Source: an uncultured Candidatus Saccharibacteria bacterium (GTDB lineage Bacteria; Patescibacteriota; Saccharimonadia; UBA4664; CAZOQX01). From it: a stretch of 64,000 nt of DNA. Made by a program: the position numbers and the translations under genes. The stretch covers positions 17,256-81,255 of the forward strand of contig CAZOQX010000001.1 of NCBI GenBank assembly GCA_964582465.1, in the 5' to 3' direction. Positions 43,598-52,990 of this stretch are shown here, piece after piece (within the stretch, counting starts at the first letter, position 1; each line of letters starts with the position of its first letter). The notes below the pieces were generated by a model that ran no database searches, was not told the DNA's origin, and was given only the letters and a program-made list of their open reading frames with translations.

Positions 43598-45355
43598 TTA
43601 TTTGTTAGCCGGAGTCATTACACGCTCGCCGGTACCATCGGGTGCACAACCGGGATTGGCCTCTCTAGTTAGCCGCGCGGTAATATCCGAGTAAACAAAG
43701 GCGGCTTTGCGGCCACTGGGAAAGACATAGTAACACTGGCCGAGGTAGGGCATGGTGGTGCCAAAATAGTTATTAAAGACTAGCCGAAAAACATTGAGGT
43801 TGTTCGCTCCTTTCGCCAAGTCAGCAGCGCCGGCCTTGGGAATATAATAAGCGGCCAAGTTACCATACTTCATGAACAAATCAGTATTCGACCATTGGCG
43901 CATATCCAAGTTATTAAGCTCACTGTTCACATCACTTTGGGAGTAAACATGATCATTAAGCTGGATTGGGTACGGACCCTCGTCGGATTGCAGGATGATC
44001 AATGCCTGGCCGTGGCTATGTGACTTAATGTCTGCCAGAATCTGCTCCATCTGGCTATTAATGAATTTTACCTGCCCCAAATATTTCTGCTTAATGGGTT
44101 GCCCGACATCATCATTGTCGGGATTGGGCGAAATTGAACCGTCTGCCAGGAAGGAGTAAGGATCATGGGGGATTAAAAGGTGGGCGAAAATGAAGCGTCC
44201 ACCGGCTGGCGCTGCAACTAGGCTCTTTAAGGTGTTTAACCCAGAGGTGTTTAAGTCGGATTGGACTTTGGCTTGATAATCAAGTAACTTGAAGCCCCCA
44301 ATTCTTACCCCAGCCTGGATCGGGCGCCAAAACAGACTTTGAGAAATCTGAAACTTGGTGAAATTATCAATCGAATTGTGCCAGCCGAGCAAAGTTAATT
44401 GGCTGTCCGGCAGGTAGAAGTGGTCAGTAAGCATTGAGCGATTGGTAGCCTCATACCAGGTGCCAATTTCGCTGTAGGAGTAACCAATCGATTTGAGGGC
44501 GCTAGCTACGGCCGCATCTTGAATACTGCGGTGATAGGGAACGATGGTTTGAGCCGACGCGCCCGCGAAGCGGTTGATAAGATCGACGTTATAATTCGCG
44601 TTTAAAGTCGAAGCGATCGATTCGGTGGTGTAGGGATAATTCTGGTGCGCGTCTGGATTGATATAGAAGCCCTGTTGGTCCAAAAAGTTAATAAAGCGGT
44701 CGTTATTAAAGTCGAACTGAGTTTTGAGCACGGTTTGGCTAGCATAGCGGTCGAGTACGATGTAATAAATATCAGGTTTATTTGCAGCCGGCTGTAGCGA
44801 TGCGAGCTTGGGCGGTTTGTAGAAATACTGCGGCCAGGCTACTACGATGGTGCGCACGGCTGGAATTAGTTGAAAAACGAAGGTCGCTGCAATTGCGACA
44901 AAAATGCCACCAATGAGGTCGGCCGACCAGGCTTTTTGTTGCACCAGCCGACTGAAAAATTTGCCTACGCGGCGGCTTAAGAAGAAGACCAGGGCCAGAA
45001 AGATAATGCTAAAGACTGTTCCCTGCCACTTACCTAGGTCGGGGAGTGGGACTAGAGCGGTGAGGCCGGCGTAAGCACTGCTTAACCTCGCTTCGTAATT
45101 TGTACTTAAAAGCACAGCCACAAGAAGGGATCCGATGTAGGCCGCTAAGGGGTCGCGGCGGAATAAAGGCCTAAAAAATACGTAGATGAGCCCGGTCGCG
45201 ATGCTAGCAAACAGCAGGGGTAGCACTAAGGCCTGTACGGCCACTTCCGAGCGATTTTTTAAGAAGTTGGTCAGTAGCGGCACCAGATATACCATCAAGA
45301 TCGAGGCGGGGAGGATTAACCAGCCAAAGGGCTTGGTGTGGAGCCGGTTTTTCAT
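43598..45355 (-). CDS. LTA-synthase/sulfatase-like (alkaline-phosphatase superfamily) membrane protein
   Basis: About 5 N-terminal TM helices. The extracytoplasmic domain begins PDIYYIVLDRYAS (sulfatase N-terminal metal/nucleophile motif position) and has a later LLIPHDPY. Confidence 0.65.
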   Translation of the reverse strand: MKNRLHTKPFGWLILPASILMVYLVPLLTNFLKNRSEVAVQALVLPLLFASIATGLIYVFFRPLFRRDPLAAYIGSLLVAVLLSTNYEARLSSAYAGLTALVPLPDLGKWQGTVFSIIFLALVFFLSRRVGKFFSRLVQQKAWSADLIGGIFVAIAATFVFQLIPAVRTIVVAWPQYFYKPPKLASLQPAANKPDIYYIVLDRYASQTVLKTQFDFNNDRFINFLDQQGFYINPDAHQNYPYTTESIASTLNANYNVDLINRFAGASAQTIVPYHRSIQDAAVASALKSIGYSYSEIGTWYEATNRSMLTDHFYLPDSQLTLLGWHNSIDNFTKFQISQSLFWRPIQAGVRIGGFKLLDYQAKVQSDLNTSGLNTLKSLVAAPAGGRFIFAHLLIPHDPYSFLADGSISPNPDNDDVGQPIKQKYLGQVKFINSQMEQILADIKSHSHGQALIILQSDEGPYPIQLNDHVYSQSDVNSELNNLDMRQWSNTDLFMKYGNLAAYYIPKAGAADLAKGANNLNVFRLVFNNYFGTTMPYLGQCYYVFPSGRKAAFVYSDITARLTREANPGCAPDGTGERVMTPANK

Positions 45356-46728
45356 TTCTTTCGTTTCATAAGGTAAATGATGCGGTCGGAATCTTTAACT
45401 ACGTGCCGACTCGTAATCTCGAATGATTGCCCGAAGGCTGCTTCGAATCCGGTCTGAGTGTAATCGTCGAAAATATCCTCCCGGGTTGCAAGCAGCCGCT
45501 TCACTTGAGAATCGGACTTGGGTACAAATTCAATAATGAGGTTCGGTGCTAAATCTTTAAAGAGATCAGCGATAAGCCCAAGCGGAATGTTTGAAGCGAT
45601 GGCCAAATGGTGAACTAGAGCTAGGGCTAAAATAAGATCCGCCTGTGCGCGCTCAGCGAAGCTTTGCCGTTCGCGGTTCGCCCAGCCAATGGCCGGGCTA
45701 GGGTTAGTCAGGTCGATGACCAGCGGCAGTAGGTTGGTTTCGCCGCGAGATTTGCTTTCCAAATAATTTTGCTCGACGGCGAGTGGGTCCATGTCCGTGC
45801 TGATAGTTAGTGGTTCAGCCCCAGCCAGGCGGCTGAAGACTCCATTGTTGGCGCCAAGGTCGAGGACGCGCGCAGGTTTTGTGCGCTTAATGTACTGGCT
45901 AACGATCGCTTTCTTGGCTTCAAAGGCGGCCTGACTGTAATTAGTCTCATTGTAGTAGTTACTCCACTGCGTGCGGCCGATTGGCGGCTTGAGTGCGCGC
46001 ACTGTTCGCTCTAGGCTGTCGATGACTCCAGAGAGCGAGGACATACTAATGCGGCGTTGTGGCGTGTTGGTGCTACCTTCGTGGCTACGCTGGAGACGGG
46101 CGTGTAGCTTGAGGTGAACGGCGATGCCGGTGTGGATGGCGCTACGGGCCGGCAAGAGCTTGGTAGCAAGCGGCAAGGGGATGCCGTCGATGTGGATTTT
46201 TAGTAATTGTTGTAAGCCAGGATCGACGTAACTCACGAGAGCGAGTGGCGCCAAGAAATGCTGGCAGAATTGGCGATAGGCCTGCCAGGGCCGGCCGACT
46301 TCGTAGGGTTCGAAAGATAAGGTATCAATCAGATGCGGAGTACCTTGAATAAACTGAATGTTGTACGCGCTCGCGTCGCGCAGAGTGAGCCCGTGCTCTA
46401 GCGCCGATTTCTGAATTTTGATGGTAGCTAGAGCTGCATCCTTGAGCTGTGAGAACGACCACTCGTAAGGGTAAGAGATAAAGGCTAGTGGTTCAGGCCG
46501 GATGGCTTTGTAGGCCGAAGCCTGGTGAGGGGTGATCTCGCGGTGGGGGATCAGGAGACCCGCCCGTGTCAGGGAGTTGTATAAACCGCTCGACATCAGG
46601 CGATCATAGGAGGCCTGTCCGCTCATGTTAATCTGCCGGAAGACCTGTCCATCTGCCCAATAAACAAAGCCGCGATTATCACGAAACGAGGCGGCATCGG
46701 CCCCCGCCTTAGTTGTCCCGCTTTTCAA
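45352..46728 (-). CDS. Class I SAM-dependent methyltransferase-family protein with large N-terminal domain
   Basis: C-terminal motif I VLDLGANNGVFSRLAG. Apparent TTG start. Stop/start overlap (ATGA) with the LtaS-like gene. Confidence 0.65.
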   Translation of the reverse strand: MKSGTTKAGADAASFRDNRGFVYWADGQVFRQINMSGQASYDRLMSSGLYNSLTRAGLLIPHREITPHQASAYKAIRPEPLAFISYPYEWSFSQLKDAALATIKIQKSALEHGLTLRDASAYNIQFIQGTPHLIDTLSFEPYEVGRPWQAYRQFCQHFLAPLALVSYVDPGLQQLLKIHIDGIPLPLATKLLPARSAIHTGIAVHLKLHARLQRSHEGSTNTPQRRISMSSLSGVIDSLERTVRALKPPIGRTQWSNYYNETNYSQAAFEAKKAIVSQYIKRTKPARVLDLGANNGVFSRLAGAEPLTISTDMDPLAVEQNYLESKSRGETNLLPLVIDLTNPSPAIGWANRERQSFAERAQADLILALALVHHLAIASNIPLGLIADLFKDLAPNLIIEFVPKSDSQVKRLLATREDIFDDYTQTGFEAAFGQSFEITSRHVVKDSDRIIYLMKRKK

Positions 46729-46867
46729 CGTCGGATTTCCTTCTCAACTTTGCAAATAGATGTCGAATATTCTTTCGAACCGCAAAGGCTACTCCCGCGA
46801 TGGCTCCGAAAACGGCTTGCAAGATAAAACTACCAGTACCTGGGTCAATATAAGCGAAGAATCTCAA
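46709..46867 (-). CDS. Possible small membrane protein (52 aa) with FAYIDPGTGSFILQ motif
   Basis: TTG start 6 nt after an AAGGA SD, with an in-frame TAA immediately upstream. The sequence is hydrophobic plus a basic tail. The 3' end overlaps the MTase start by about 20 nt. Confidence 0.3.
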   Translation of the reverse strand: MRFFAYIDPGTGSFILQAVFGAIAGVAFAVRKNIRHLFAKLRRKSDVEKRDN

Positions 46868-47012
46868 AGTATTTCCTTATTTAGCTAAAGCTTAGAAAAG
46901 CTAACTGAGAGCTAGCTTAAAAAGACTTACTCTATTTAATCACCTTCCACTGGATTGTTGTAGTCTGCGGCAGCCTCAGCTTATTATCAGTTTGCGGTGA
47001 TGTACTGGTGAC

Positions 47013-47468
47013 ATGATGAAAAAACCCATCCTTTTTGCAGCCATCGGTGTGGTCGTAGTTGGCGGATTGTTTTTGGCGCTCGGCCGACATAGGGCCAACC
47101 CTATATCTGTTGCCACCGCGCCTGCCGCCACTTCGCCGTCCACCGCGCCGACAAACAAGGTTAAGCTATCTGACAGCGATTACGCCACAAGCGCCTACTT
47201 AATCGCTCCGGGTACAGCCTCTACCGATGCCAAGCAAGCTCTGGATGGATTCGATATGCAAACTGCGACCCAGGCCGACGGTTCAATTAAGGTTACTCTC
47301 ACTGCCAAAAGATCGGGGTATAGCAACCAGGCATATACGGTCACGCCCGGCCAAAAACTCTATTTTATTGAAACCTCAATGGGTGATGATGGCCCGGATT
47401 TTGACGAGAACTTAGGCGACGATACGGCTGTACTCGTGGATCAAGATGGCTACATCGTCAGTAGTTAA
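47013..47468 (+). CDS. Secreted or membrane-anchored hypothetical protein
   Basis: N-terminal TM/signal MMKKPILFAAIGVVVVGGLFLALG, then an Ala/Thr/Ser/Pro linker and a globular domain. Confidence 0.55.
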   Translation: MMKKPILFAAIGVVVVGGLFLALGRHRANPISVATAPAATSPSTAPTNKVKLSDSDYATSAYLIAPGTASTDAKQALDGFDMQTATQADGSIKVTLTAKRSGYSNQAYTVTPGQKLYFIETSMGDDGPDFDENLGDDTAVLVDQDGYIVSS

Positions 47469-47513
47469 ATGTTTCTCAGCTGGTTTTCAGAAAAACGGCC
47501 TTACAATTAACGT

Positions 47514-48197
47514 ATGAGAGTTTTAGTAGTAGAGGATGAGCATAAGATTGCTGGCGCGATCAAGCGCGGCCTGGAACAAGAAAACTATGCCGTCGATGTG
47601 GCGTTTGACGCCGACGAAGGCCTAGGCTCCGCCCTTACGGGCGACCACGACTTAATCATTTTGGATCGCATGTTGCCAGGGTTGATTGAGGGCGTCGATA
47701 TTTGCAAGGAAGTACGGGCCAATGGTTTGCATACGCCGATTTTGATGCTGACCGCGAAAGACCAGGTGCACGACCGGGTGGTCGGACTGAACGCCGGTGC
47801 CGACGACTATTTGATTAAGCCCTTCGCCTTTGAAGAGCTCTTGGCGCGTAGTCGCGCCCTGCTACGACGGCCGCCGGAGGAACTGGGCACGGTCTTGAAA
47901 CTAGACGATCTGACGCTTGATACGACCAATTATGAAGTGACTCGAGCCGGCACCAAAATTGACCTTTCGAGCAAAGAGTATGCCCTGCTCGAGTATTTGA
48001 TGCGCAACCCCAACCGCGTATTATCCAAATCGAACATTATTAATCACGTCTGGGATTATGACGCTGATGTTTTGCCTAACACGGTGGAAGTTTACATGGG
48101 CTACTTGCGTAATAAGATCGACAAGCCGTTCAAGGGGCCAGCGCTGATCCAAACGATTCGCGGATTTGGCTATAAACTCGGAGTGGCGGAGGCGTGA
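47514..48197 (+). CDS. OmpR-family response regulator
   Basis: Receiver (VLVVEDE...LDRMLPG...MLTAKD) plus a winged-helix output (YLRNKID...IRGFGY). Confidence 0.9.
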   Translation: MRVLVVEDEHKIAGAIKRGLEQENYAVDVAFDADEGLGSALTGDHDLIILDRMLPGLIEGVDICKEVRANGLHTPILMLTAKDQVHDRVVGLNAGADDYLIKPFAFEELLARSRALLRRPPEELGTVLKLDDLTLDTTNYEVTRAGTKIDLSSKEYALLEYLMRNPNRVLSKSNIINHVWDYDADVLPNTVEVYMGYLRNKIDKPFKGPALIQTIRGFGYKLGVAEA

Positions 48198-49177
48198 TTC
48201 GCTCGGCCGTATTGCGGCTTACCCTTTGGTACCTGGCAATTATCATGGCGCTTTCGGTGGGGTTCAGCTTCTTTCTTTACCGTGTTTCCGCCGATGAGCT
48301 AAATCGTGGCTTTCATCACCAAGCGGTGGTTTATTTTACCCAATTCGGTATTATCAGTCCGCAGCCGCAGCGCGAAATCGAGCTAAGCGAGGGCCGCACC
48401 CATTTACGCAATGACCTGCTGCTGTTTAACTTGATAATCCTCCTGATTGGCGGTGCCACGAGCTACGTCTTGGCCCGACGGACGCTTCATCCGATCGAAG
48501 AAGCCCTGGACTCGCAATCCCGCTTTACGGCTGATGCCTCGCACGAACTGCGCACGCCGCTGACCGCCATGCAGACTGAAATTGAAGTAGCCCTGCGTGA
48601 CAAACAGCTCACTAAAGGGGAAGCAAAGCAGTTGCTTAAGAGTAATCTGGAGGAGGTAGCAAAGCTCAGGGCCTTGTCGGATGGTCTGCTGCGACTTGCG
48701 CGGCAAGACAATCAACTGCTAGACGGTCAGGCCGACCTAAGAAAAGTTGCCACAGCAGCGATCAGTCGTGCTCGTCCACTGCTCGCCGCCAAATCGATGG
48801 AGCTTCAGGACCAAATCCCGAAGGTTCAGGTTAAGGGCGACGAGCAGAGCCTAATCGAGCTCATGGTGGTACTTTTAGATAACGCCATTAAATACAGTGA
48901 CCCATCGAAAAAGATTATCCTGCAGGCGGTTGCACATTCTCATCACGTTGATCTTAAAGTGATTGACGAAGGGTATGGCATTAAAGCGGCTGACTTACCC
49001 CATATTTTTGACCGGTTCTACAGGTCTGACGCTTCACGGTCAAAAAAGCAAACCGAGGGCTATGGCTTAGGGCTCTCAATCGCCCAAAAAATTGCTGATT
49101 TGCATGGCGGTTCGATTGAAGTTCAAAGTAAACTCGGCCAAGGTACCACCTTCGTCGTGCGCCTACAGTCTGCCTAG
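48194..49177 (+). CDS. Sensor histidine kinase (HisKA + HATPase_c)
   Basis: H-box ADASHELRTPL. N, G1 and G2 boxes (LLDNAIKYS, DEGYGI, GYGLGLSIA). Two TM. ATGA overlap with the response regulator gene. Confidence 0.9.
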   Translation: MIRSAVLRLTLWYLAIIMALSVGFSFFLYRVSADELNRGFHHQAVVYFTQFGIISPQPQREIELSEGRTHLRNDLLLFNLIILLIGGATSYVLARRTLHPIEEALDSQSRFTADASHELRTPLTAMQTEIEVALRDKQLTKGEAKQLLKSNLEEVAKLRALSDGLLRLARQDNQLLDGQADLRKVATAAISRARPLLAAKSMELQDQIPKVQVKGDEQSLIELMVVLLDNAIKYSDPSKKIILQAVAHSHHVDLKVIDEGYGIKAADLPHIFDRFYRSDASRSKKQTEGYGLGLSIAQKIADLHGGSIEVQSKLGQGTTFVVRLQSA

Positions 49178-49228
49178 TTGTAGTTTGGCTGGAGCGCGCT
49201 ATGCTTAGAGTGTAATGAAGGCTCCAAA

Positions 49229-49399
49229 ATGAACGAGAAGATGAAGCAATGCTTCACTCCGCACGCCATGATGCACAGCCTGTTTGGCCTCGGCCTCGGG
49301 TTATTGCTAGCCACACTTATATCTGGCCTACGCCTGGTTTGGCTGGCCGTTGTTGTGATGGTAGTGGCAGTTGTGCTCGATATGATGCGCAAAGCCTGA
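49229..49399 (+). CDS. Small membrane protein (56 aa)
   Basis: MNEKMKQCFTPHAMMHSLFGLGLGLLLATLISGLRLVWLAVVVMVVAVVLDMMRKA has two hydrophobic helices. Preferred over the overlapping minus-strand 72-aa ORF, which reads like antisense noise. Confidence 0.35.
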   Translation: MNEKMKQCFTPHAMMHSLFGLGLGLLLATLISGLRLVWLAVVVMVVAVVLDMMRKA

Positions 49400-49558
49400 A
49401 GCAGCTGACTAAGTTTTAAATTAAGCAGCTCGAGAGCCGCTTAAGATATTGTTGTATCTTTCTAGTAATAAATCATCTATACTATCTTGCGTAGTTTCTT
49501 CGGCCGCAAGGTTCACGAAGAAGGGTCGAACTAACCAGTAACATTGAGCAGGAACAGT

Positions 49559-49828
49559 ATGGCAAAAAATCTATTTGTAGGAGGCTTGGCCTGGGCAACT
49601 TCGGACGAAAGTCTGCAAGCGGCCTTTGCTGAAGCTGGCACGGTTACATCTGCTAAGGTCATCACTGACCGCGCGACCGGGCGTTCCAAGGGTTTTGGCT
49701 TTGTAGAAATGGCCACCGACGAGGAAGGCGACAAAGCGATCGAACTCTTGAACGGCAAGGAAATCGATGGTCGAGCAATCAGTGTGTCCGAGGCCCGTCC
49801 CAAAGAAGACTCCGACAACAACCAATAA
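49559..49828 (+). CDS. RRM-type RNA-binding protein
   Basis: RNP-2 LFVGGL and RNP-1 KGFGFVEM. Start taken at MAKNLFVGGL. The ORF track offers 49544. Confidence 0.85.
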   Translation: MAKNLFVGGLAWATSDESLQAAFAEAGTVTSAKVITDRATGRSKGFGFVEMATDEEGDKAIELLNGKEIDGRAISVSEARPKEDSDNNQ

Positions 49829-49830
49829 TA

Positions 49831-49862
49831 AAGCGAGGGCCCTTCGGGGCCCGCTTTATTTT
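49831..49862 (+). terminator. Rho-independent terminator (GCGAGGGCCC-ttcg-GGGCCCGC + TTTATTTT)
   Basis: Hairpin plus T-run directly after the RRM gene. Confidence 0.65.
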
Positions 49863-49909
49863 CTGTAATTAGAGGCCTGACTGGCCTTTTTGAGTGCTAC
49901 AATTTCTAC

Positions 49910-50440
49910 ATGCATAGTGAGCAGGTAGTTTTAGGTAGCGGCTGCTTCTGGTGCTCAGAGGCTGTCTACCAGCGGGTTATTGGCGTGACGCGGGTGGAGC
50001 CTGGCTACGCCGGCGGCTACATCCCCAATCCCGGCTATGAGCAGGTGACCACGGGTGAAACCGGCCACGCCGAAGTTATTCGTCTAACCTTTAAACCTGA
50101 TCAAGTTAGCCTCTCGGACATTCTCGACATTTTTTGGGTCACCCACGACCCAACCACACCGAATCGACAGGGTAATGATGTTGGCAGCCAATATCGCTCG
50201 ATCATTCTTTACCAAGAAGAATCTCAGCAAGAAGTGATCAAAAACTCGATCAAGGCCGCACAGAAACTCTGGCCGCGGCCGATCACGACAGAAGTTAAAA
50301 AGCTCGAAGCTTTTTACCCCGCGGAGGACTATCATCGGAATTACTACTTGAATCATCCCGAGCAAGCCTATTGCCAGATCGTAATTAATCCGAAGCTCGC
50401 TAAATTGCATGAGAAGTTTAATCAGTTATTAAGGGATTAA
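49910..50440 (+). CDS. msrA: Peptide methionine (S)-S-oxide reductase
   Basis: Active-site GSGCFWCSEAVYQRV (GCFWC motif). Confidence 0.9.
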   Translation: MHSEQVVLGSGCFWCSEAVYQRVIGVTRVEPGYAGGYIPNPGYEQVTTGETGHAEVIRLTFKPDQVSLSDILDIFWVTHDPTTPNRQGNDVGSQYRSIILYQEESQQEVIKNSIKAAQKLWPRPITTEVKKLEAFYPAEDYHRNYYLNHPEQAYCQIVINPKLAKLHEKFNQLLRD

Positions 50441-50459
50441 AGGGGGTAGAATTAAGGCT

Positions 50460-50843
50460 ATGAGAAGCCCTGAAAACTCCGAATATGGCGAGCCGATCTC
50501 GCGGTTCGGGTCAATGATGGATAGAGTGCGTGGAGTGAAGGCTAATTTAGCCGAAAGAGCGGCGGAGTCTTTTAGAGGTTCCGTAGAATCTGGCAGAGCC
50601 GAAGAACTCACTGTTCGTGCCATCGATGTGGCTGCCCGTGCCGCCGAAGGGGCTCTGCCACTCGTCCCAGGGGTCGGAGTCGTTGCTAGGTTTGCAGGTA
50701 GGCGGGTGATTGGAATGGGTGCCGAGGCAGCCAGAGGGCGTGTGCCCGAGGCGCTTAGTCGTTTGAGCGATAGATTTGAATCAAGTCGGTCTGATAGCGA
50801 TAGCTATCCTGGTGAGAGTCAACCGCAAAGGCCGGTCTACTGA
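50460..50843 (+). CDS. Hypothetical Arg/Ala/Ser-rich protein between msrA and msrB
   Basis: ORF with TGATG overlap into msrB. No recognisable motif. Confidence 0.4.
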   Translation: MRSPENSEYGEPISRFGSMMDRVRGVKANLAERAAESFRGSVESGRAEELTVRAIDVAARAAEGALPLVPGVGVVARFAGRRVIGMGAEAARGRVPEALSRLSDRFESSRSDSDSYPGESQPQRPVY

Positions 50844-51580
50844 TGCAAACTAGCGAAAAAATTCTGCAAGAAGTTGGCTTGGACCAATTGCAGGGTGAAG
50901 AGCGAGAAAAATGCCTGCAGCGCATTGCAGACGCCATCGCGGCCGAAATGATTACGCAAGCAGCGGCCGAGCTGACGGAAATCGAAGTTGAGCGGTACGA
51001 GCACATGGTGGCTAATGGTCAAGGAGAGGCTGTTGATCAGGAAATGGCCAGGCGTTTCGACTTGGCTGAGCTAGAGCGAAAAGCCTCCAAGGAGGTGCTT
51101 ACGGATATCAAGCAAGACAAGCTGCTCCTAGAGCCGAAAGTAGTAGGGCATATGGCAGAAGATCTTAAATCCAAAGATGAAGCCTATTGGCGTCAGAAGC
51201 TGACATCGGAGCAGTATAGAGTGCTTCGCGAGCACGAGAATGAGAGCCCGTTTATGGGCAAATATGTTGACATGGAAGACAAAGGGATGTATAAATGTGC
51301 AGCTTGTGGTGCCATATTGTTTGACTCAGCTACTAAGTACCACTCGGGTTCAGGATGGCCGAGTTTCTACGACGTGGTGGAAGCAGGTAAGGTCGAGCTT
51401 AAAGATGATCACTCTTTCGGCATGCATCGTACCGAGGTGGTTTGTAAGCATTGTGGTAGCCACCTAGGCCACCTCTTTGATGACGGCCCTCAACCAACGG
51501 GGCAGCGTTATTGCATCAATTCTTGTGCTCTGGATTTTGAACCTGGTAAAACGCCCGAGTCGCTAGAAAAATCATCATAA
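50843..51580 (+). CDS. msrB: Peptide methionine (R)-S-oxide reductase MsrB (SelR domain) with ~110-aa N-terminal helical extension
   Basis: C-terminal CAACGAILFDSATKYHSGSGWPSF...CKHCGSHLGHLFDDGP (two CxxC pairs plus the catalytic region). The N-terminal part is charged and helical. Confidence 0.85.
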   Translation: MQTSEKILQEVGLDQLQGEEREKCLQRIADAIAAEMITQAAAELTEIEVERYEHMVANGQGEAVDQEMARRFDLAELERKASKEVLTDIKQDKLLLEPKVVGHMAEDLKSKDEAYWRQKLTSEQYRVLREHENESPFMGKYVDMEDKGMYKCAACGAILFDSATKYHSGSGWPSFYDVVEAGKVELKDDHSFGMHRTEVVCKHCGSHLGHLFDDGPQPTGQRYCINSCALDFEPGKTPESLEKSS

Positions 51581-51643
51581 TAATCTTAAATTTTGGTCGA
51601 AATCCCAATCATTAAACATAGCCGGTAAAGTAGATTTAATACC

Positions 51644-52990
51644 ATGCGATTAATAATTGCGTCCAACCGCCTACCCGTTAGCGTCCGCTACGGTAAGTTG
51701 GTCGAAAGCGACGGCGGCTTGGCCACAGCACTGCTCCCGGTGCACAAAAAGCGCCAAGCTTTTTGGATCGGGTACTTAAATGATGGCGTGCGTTATACTC
51801 GGGCTCTTGAAGCGGAAGGCTATGCGCCGATCCACATTGACCCCGAGACTTACCATGGTTATTACGATATTTACGCCAACCGGGTGCTTTGGCCGACTTT
51901 GCATAACATTAAATCCCCGCTGCATCAGCACAAAGCGCAGGCGAGCTATCATCATTATGTGGCCGCCAATAAAGCTTTTGCTGACGCCATTGCTGCTCAG
52001 GTGTTGCCGGATGATTTAATTTGGGTGCATGATTACCATCTGATGTTGGTACCACAGATGTTGCGCGAGCGTGGGCTCACCAACAAAATCGGCTTTTTCC
52101 TGCATACACCATTTGCGCATATTGAGTATTTGGATCGTGTGACCGAGCGAGCAGAATTGCTCGAGGGTCTGCTGGGGGCAGACGTGATTGGCTTGCAAAC
52201 AGCGCATCTTTTGCCGCGCCTAGCCCAAGCCCTAGAAACTGAGCTTGGTCATGAGGTTAAAGAAGAGGGAGGCGAAAATTTCGTCCGGGTAGGTGATCGC
52301 ACGGTGCGGTTGGCTGCCTTCCCCATTGGTATCGATTTCGAAGCCTTCAATTTGAACCCCAAAGCCTTGGCCGGATTTTATGAATCAATTGGAGAAACTG
52401 ATGGTAAAAAAATTATCGCCTCTTTATCGCGACTGGATTATACCAAGGGCATTTTGCAGCAACTGGCTGCCATTCGCTTGCTCGCGGCCGACCTGAACTA
52501 CACTGGTAAGTTCGTTTTTAAGCTCACACTCATACCCTCACGCGAGGATGTGCCCGAGTACCAGCACCTGCGTCAGGCTGTGAAAAGTCAGATTGCGCAG
52601 ATCAATGGTGAGTACGCCGCAAGCGGCTGGCAGCCGATTTCGTTCGAGTATGGCCACTTACGTACGGAGGCTCTCCGGCAGTTTTATCTGGAGGCAGGGG
52701 TATTATTAGTGACGCCAGTGGCCGACGGCATGAACCTAATCGCCAAAGAGTACTTGGCTACAAACCCGAGTGGGCATTTAATATTGAGTCATCATGCCGG
52801 TGCTGCTCACCAATTGCGCGAGGCTTTGCTTGTGGAGCCGAATGACCCAGAGCAAATCTTGACTGCCCTACGCCTAAGTCTTAACAGGCCTGTGTCGCAA
52901 GCGGCGAACCGACGCATGCGACACATACTAAAGCGTTACAATGTCTTTTGGTGGTCTGACAGTTTTATTAGTAGTCTAGGCGAACTCTGA
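51644..52990 (+). CDS. otsA: Alpha,alpha-trehalose-phosphate synthase (GT20)
   Basis: MRLIIASNRLPVS, ...FFLHTPF... and the C-terminal GMNLIAKEY motifs typical of OtsA. Confidence 0.85.
   Translation: MRLIIASNRLPVSVRYGKLVESDGGLATALLPVHKKRQAFWIGYLNDGVRYTRALEAEGYAPIHIDPETYHGYYDIYANRVLWPTLHNIKSPLHQHKAQASYHHYVAANKAFADAIAAQVLPDDLIWVHDYHLMLVPQMLRERGLTNKIGFFLHTPFAHIEYLDRVTERAELLEGLLGADVIGLQTAHLLPRLAQALETELGHEVKEEGGENFVRVGDRTVRLAAFPIGIDFEAFNLNPKALAGFYESIGETDGKKIIASLSRLDYTKGILQQLAAIRLLAADLNYTGKFVFKLTLIPSREDVPEYQHLRQAVKSQIAQINGEYAASGWQPISFEYGHLRTEALRQFYLEAGVLLVTPVADGMNLIAKEYLATNPSGHLILSHHAGAAHQLREALLVEPNDPEQILTALRLSLNRPVSQAANRRMRHILKRYNVFWWSDSFISSLGEL

Noticed and set aside
49174-49392. 72-aa minus-strand ORF (MRIISSTTATTITTT...) overlapping the end of the histidine kinase gene
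   Set aside because: The Thr-run low-complexity sequence has no RBS. The plus-strand 56-aa hydrophobic mini-protein in the same span is more protein-like.
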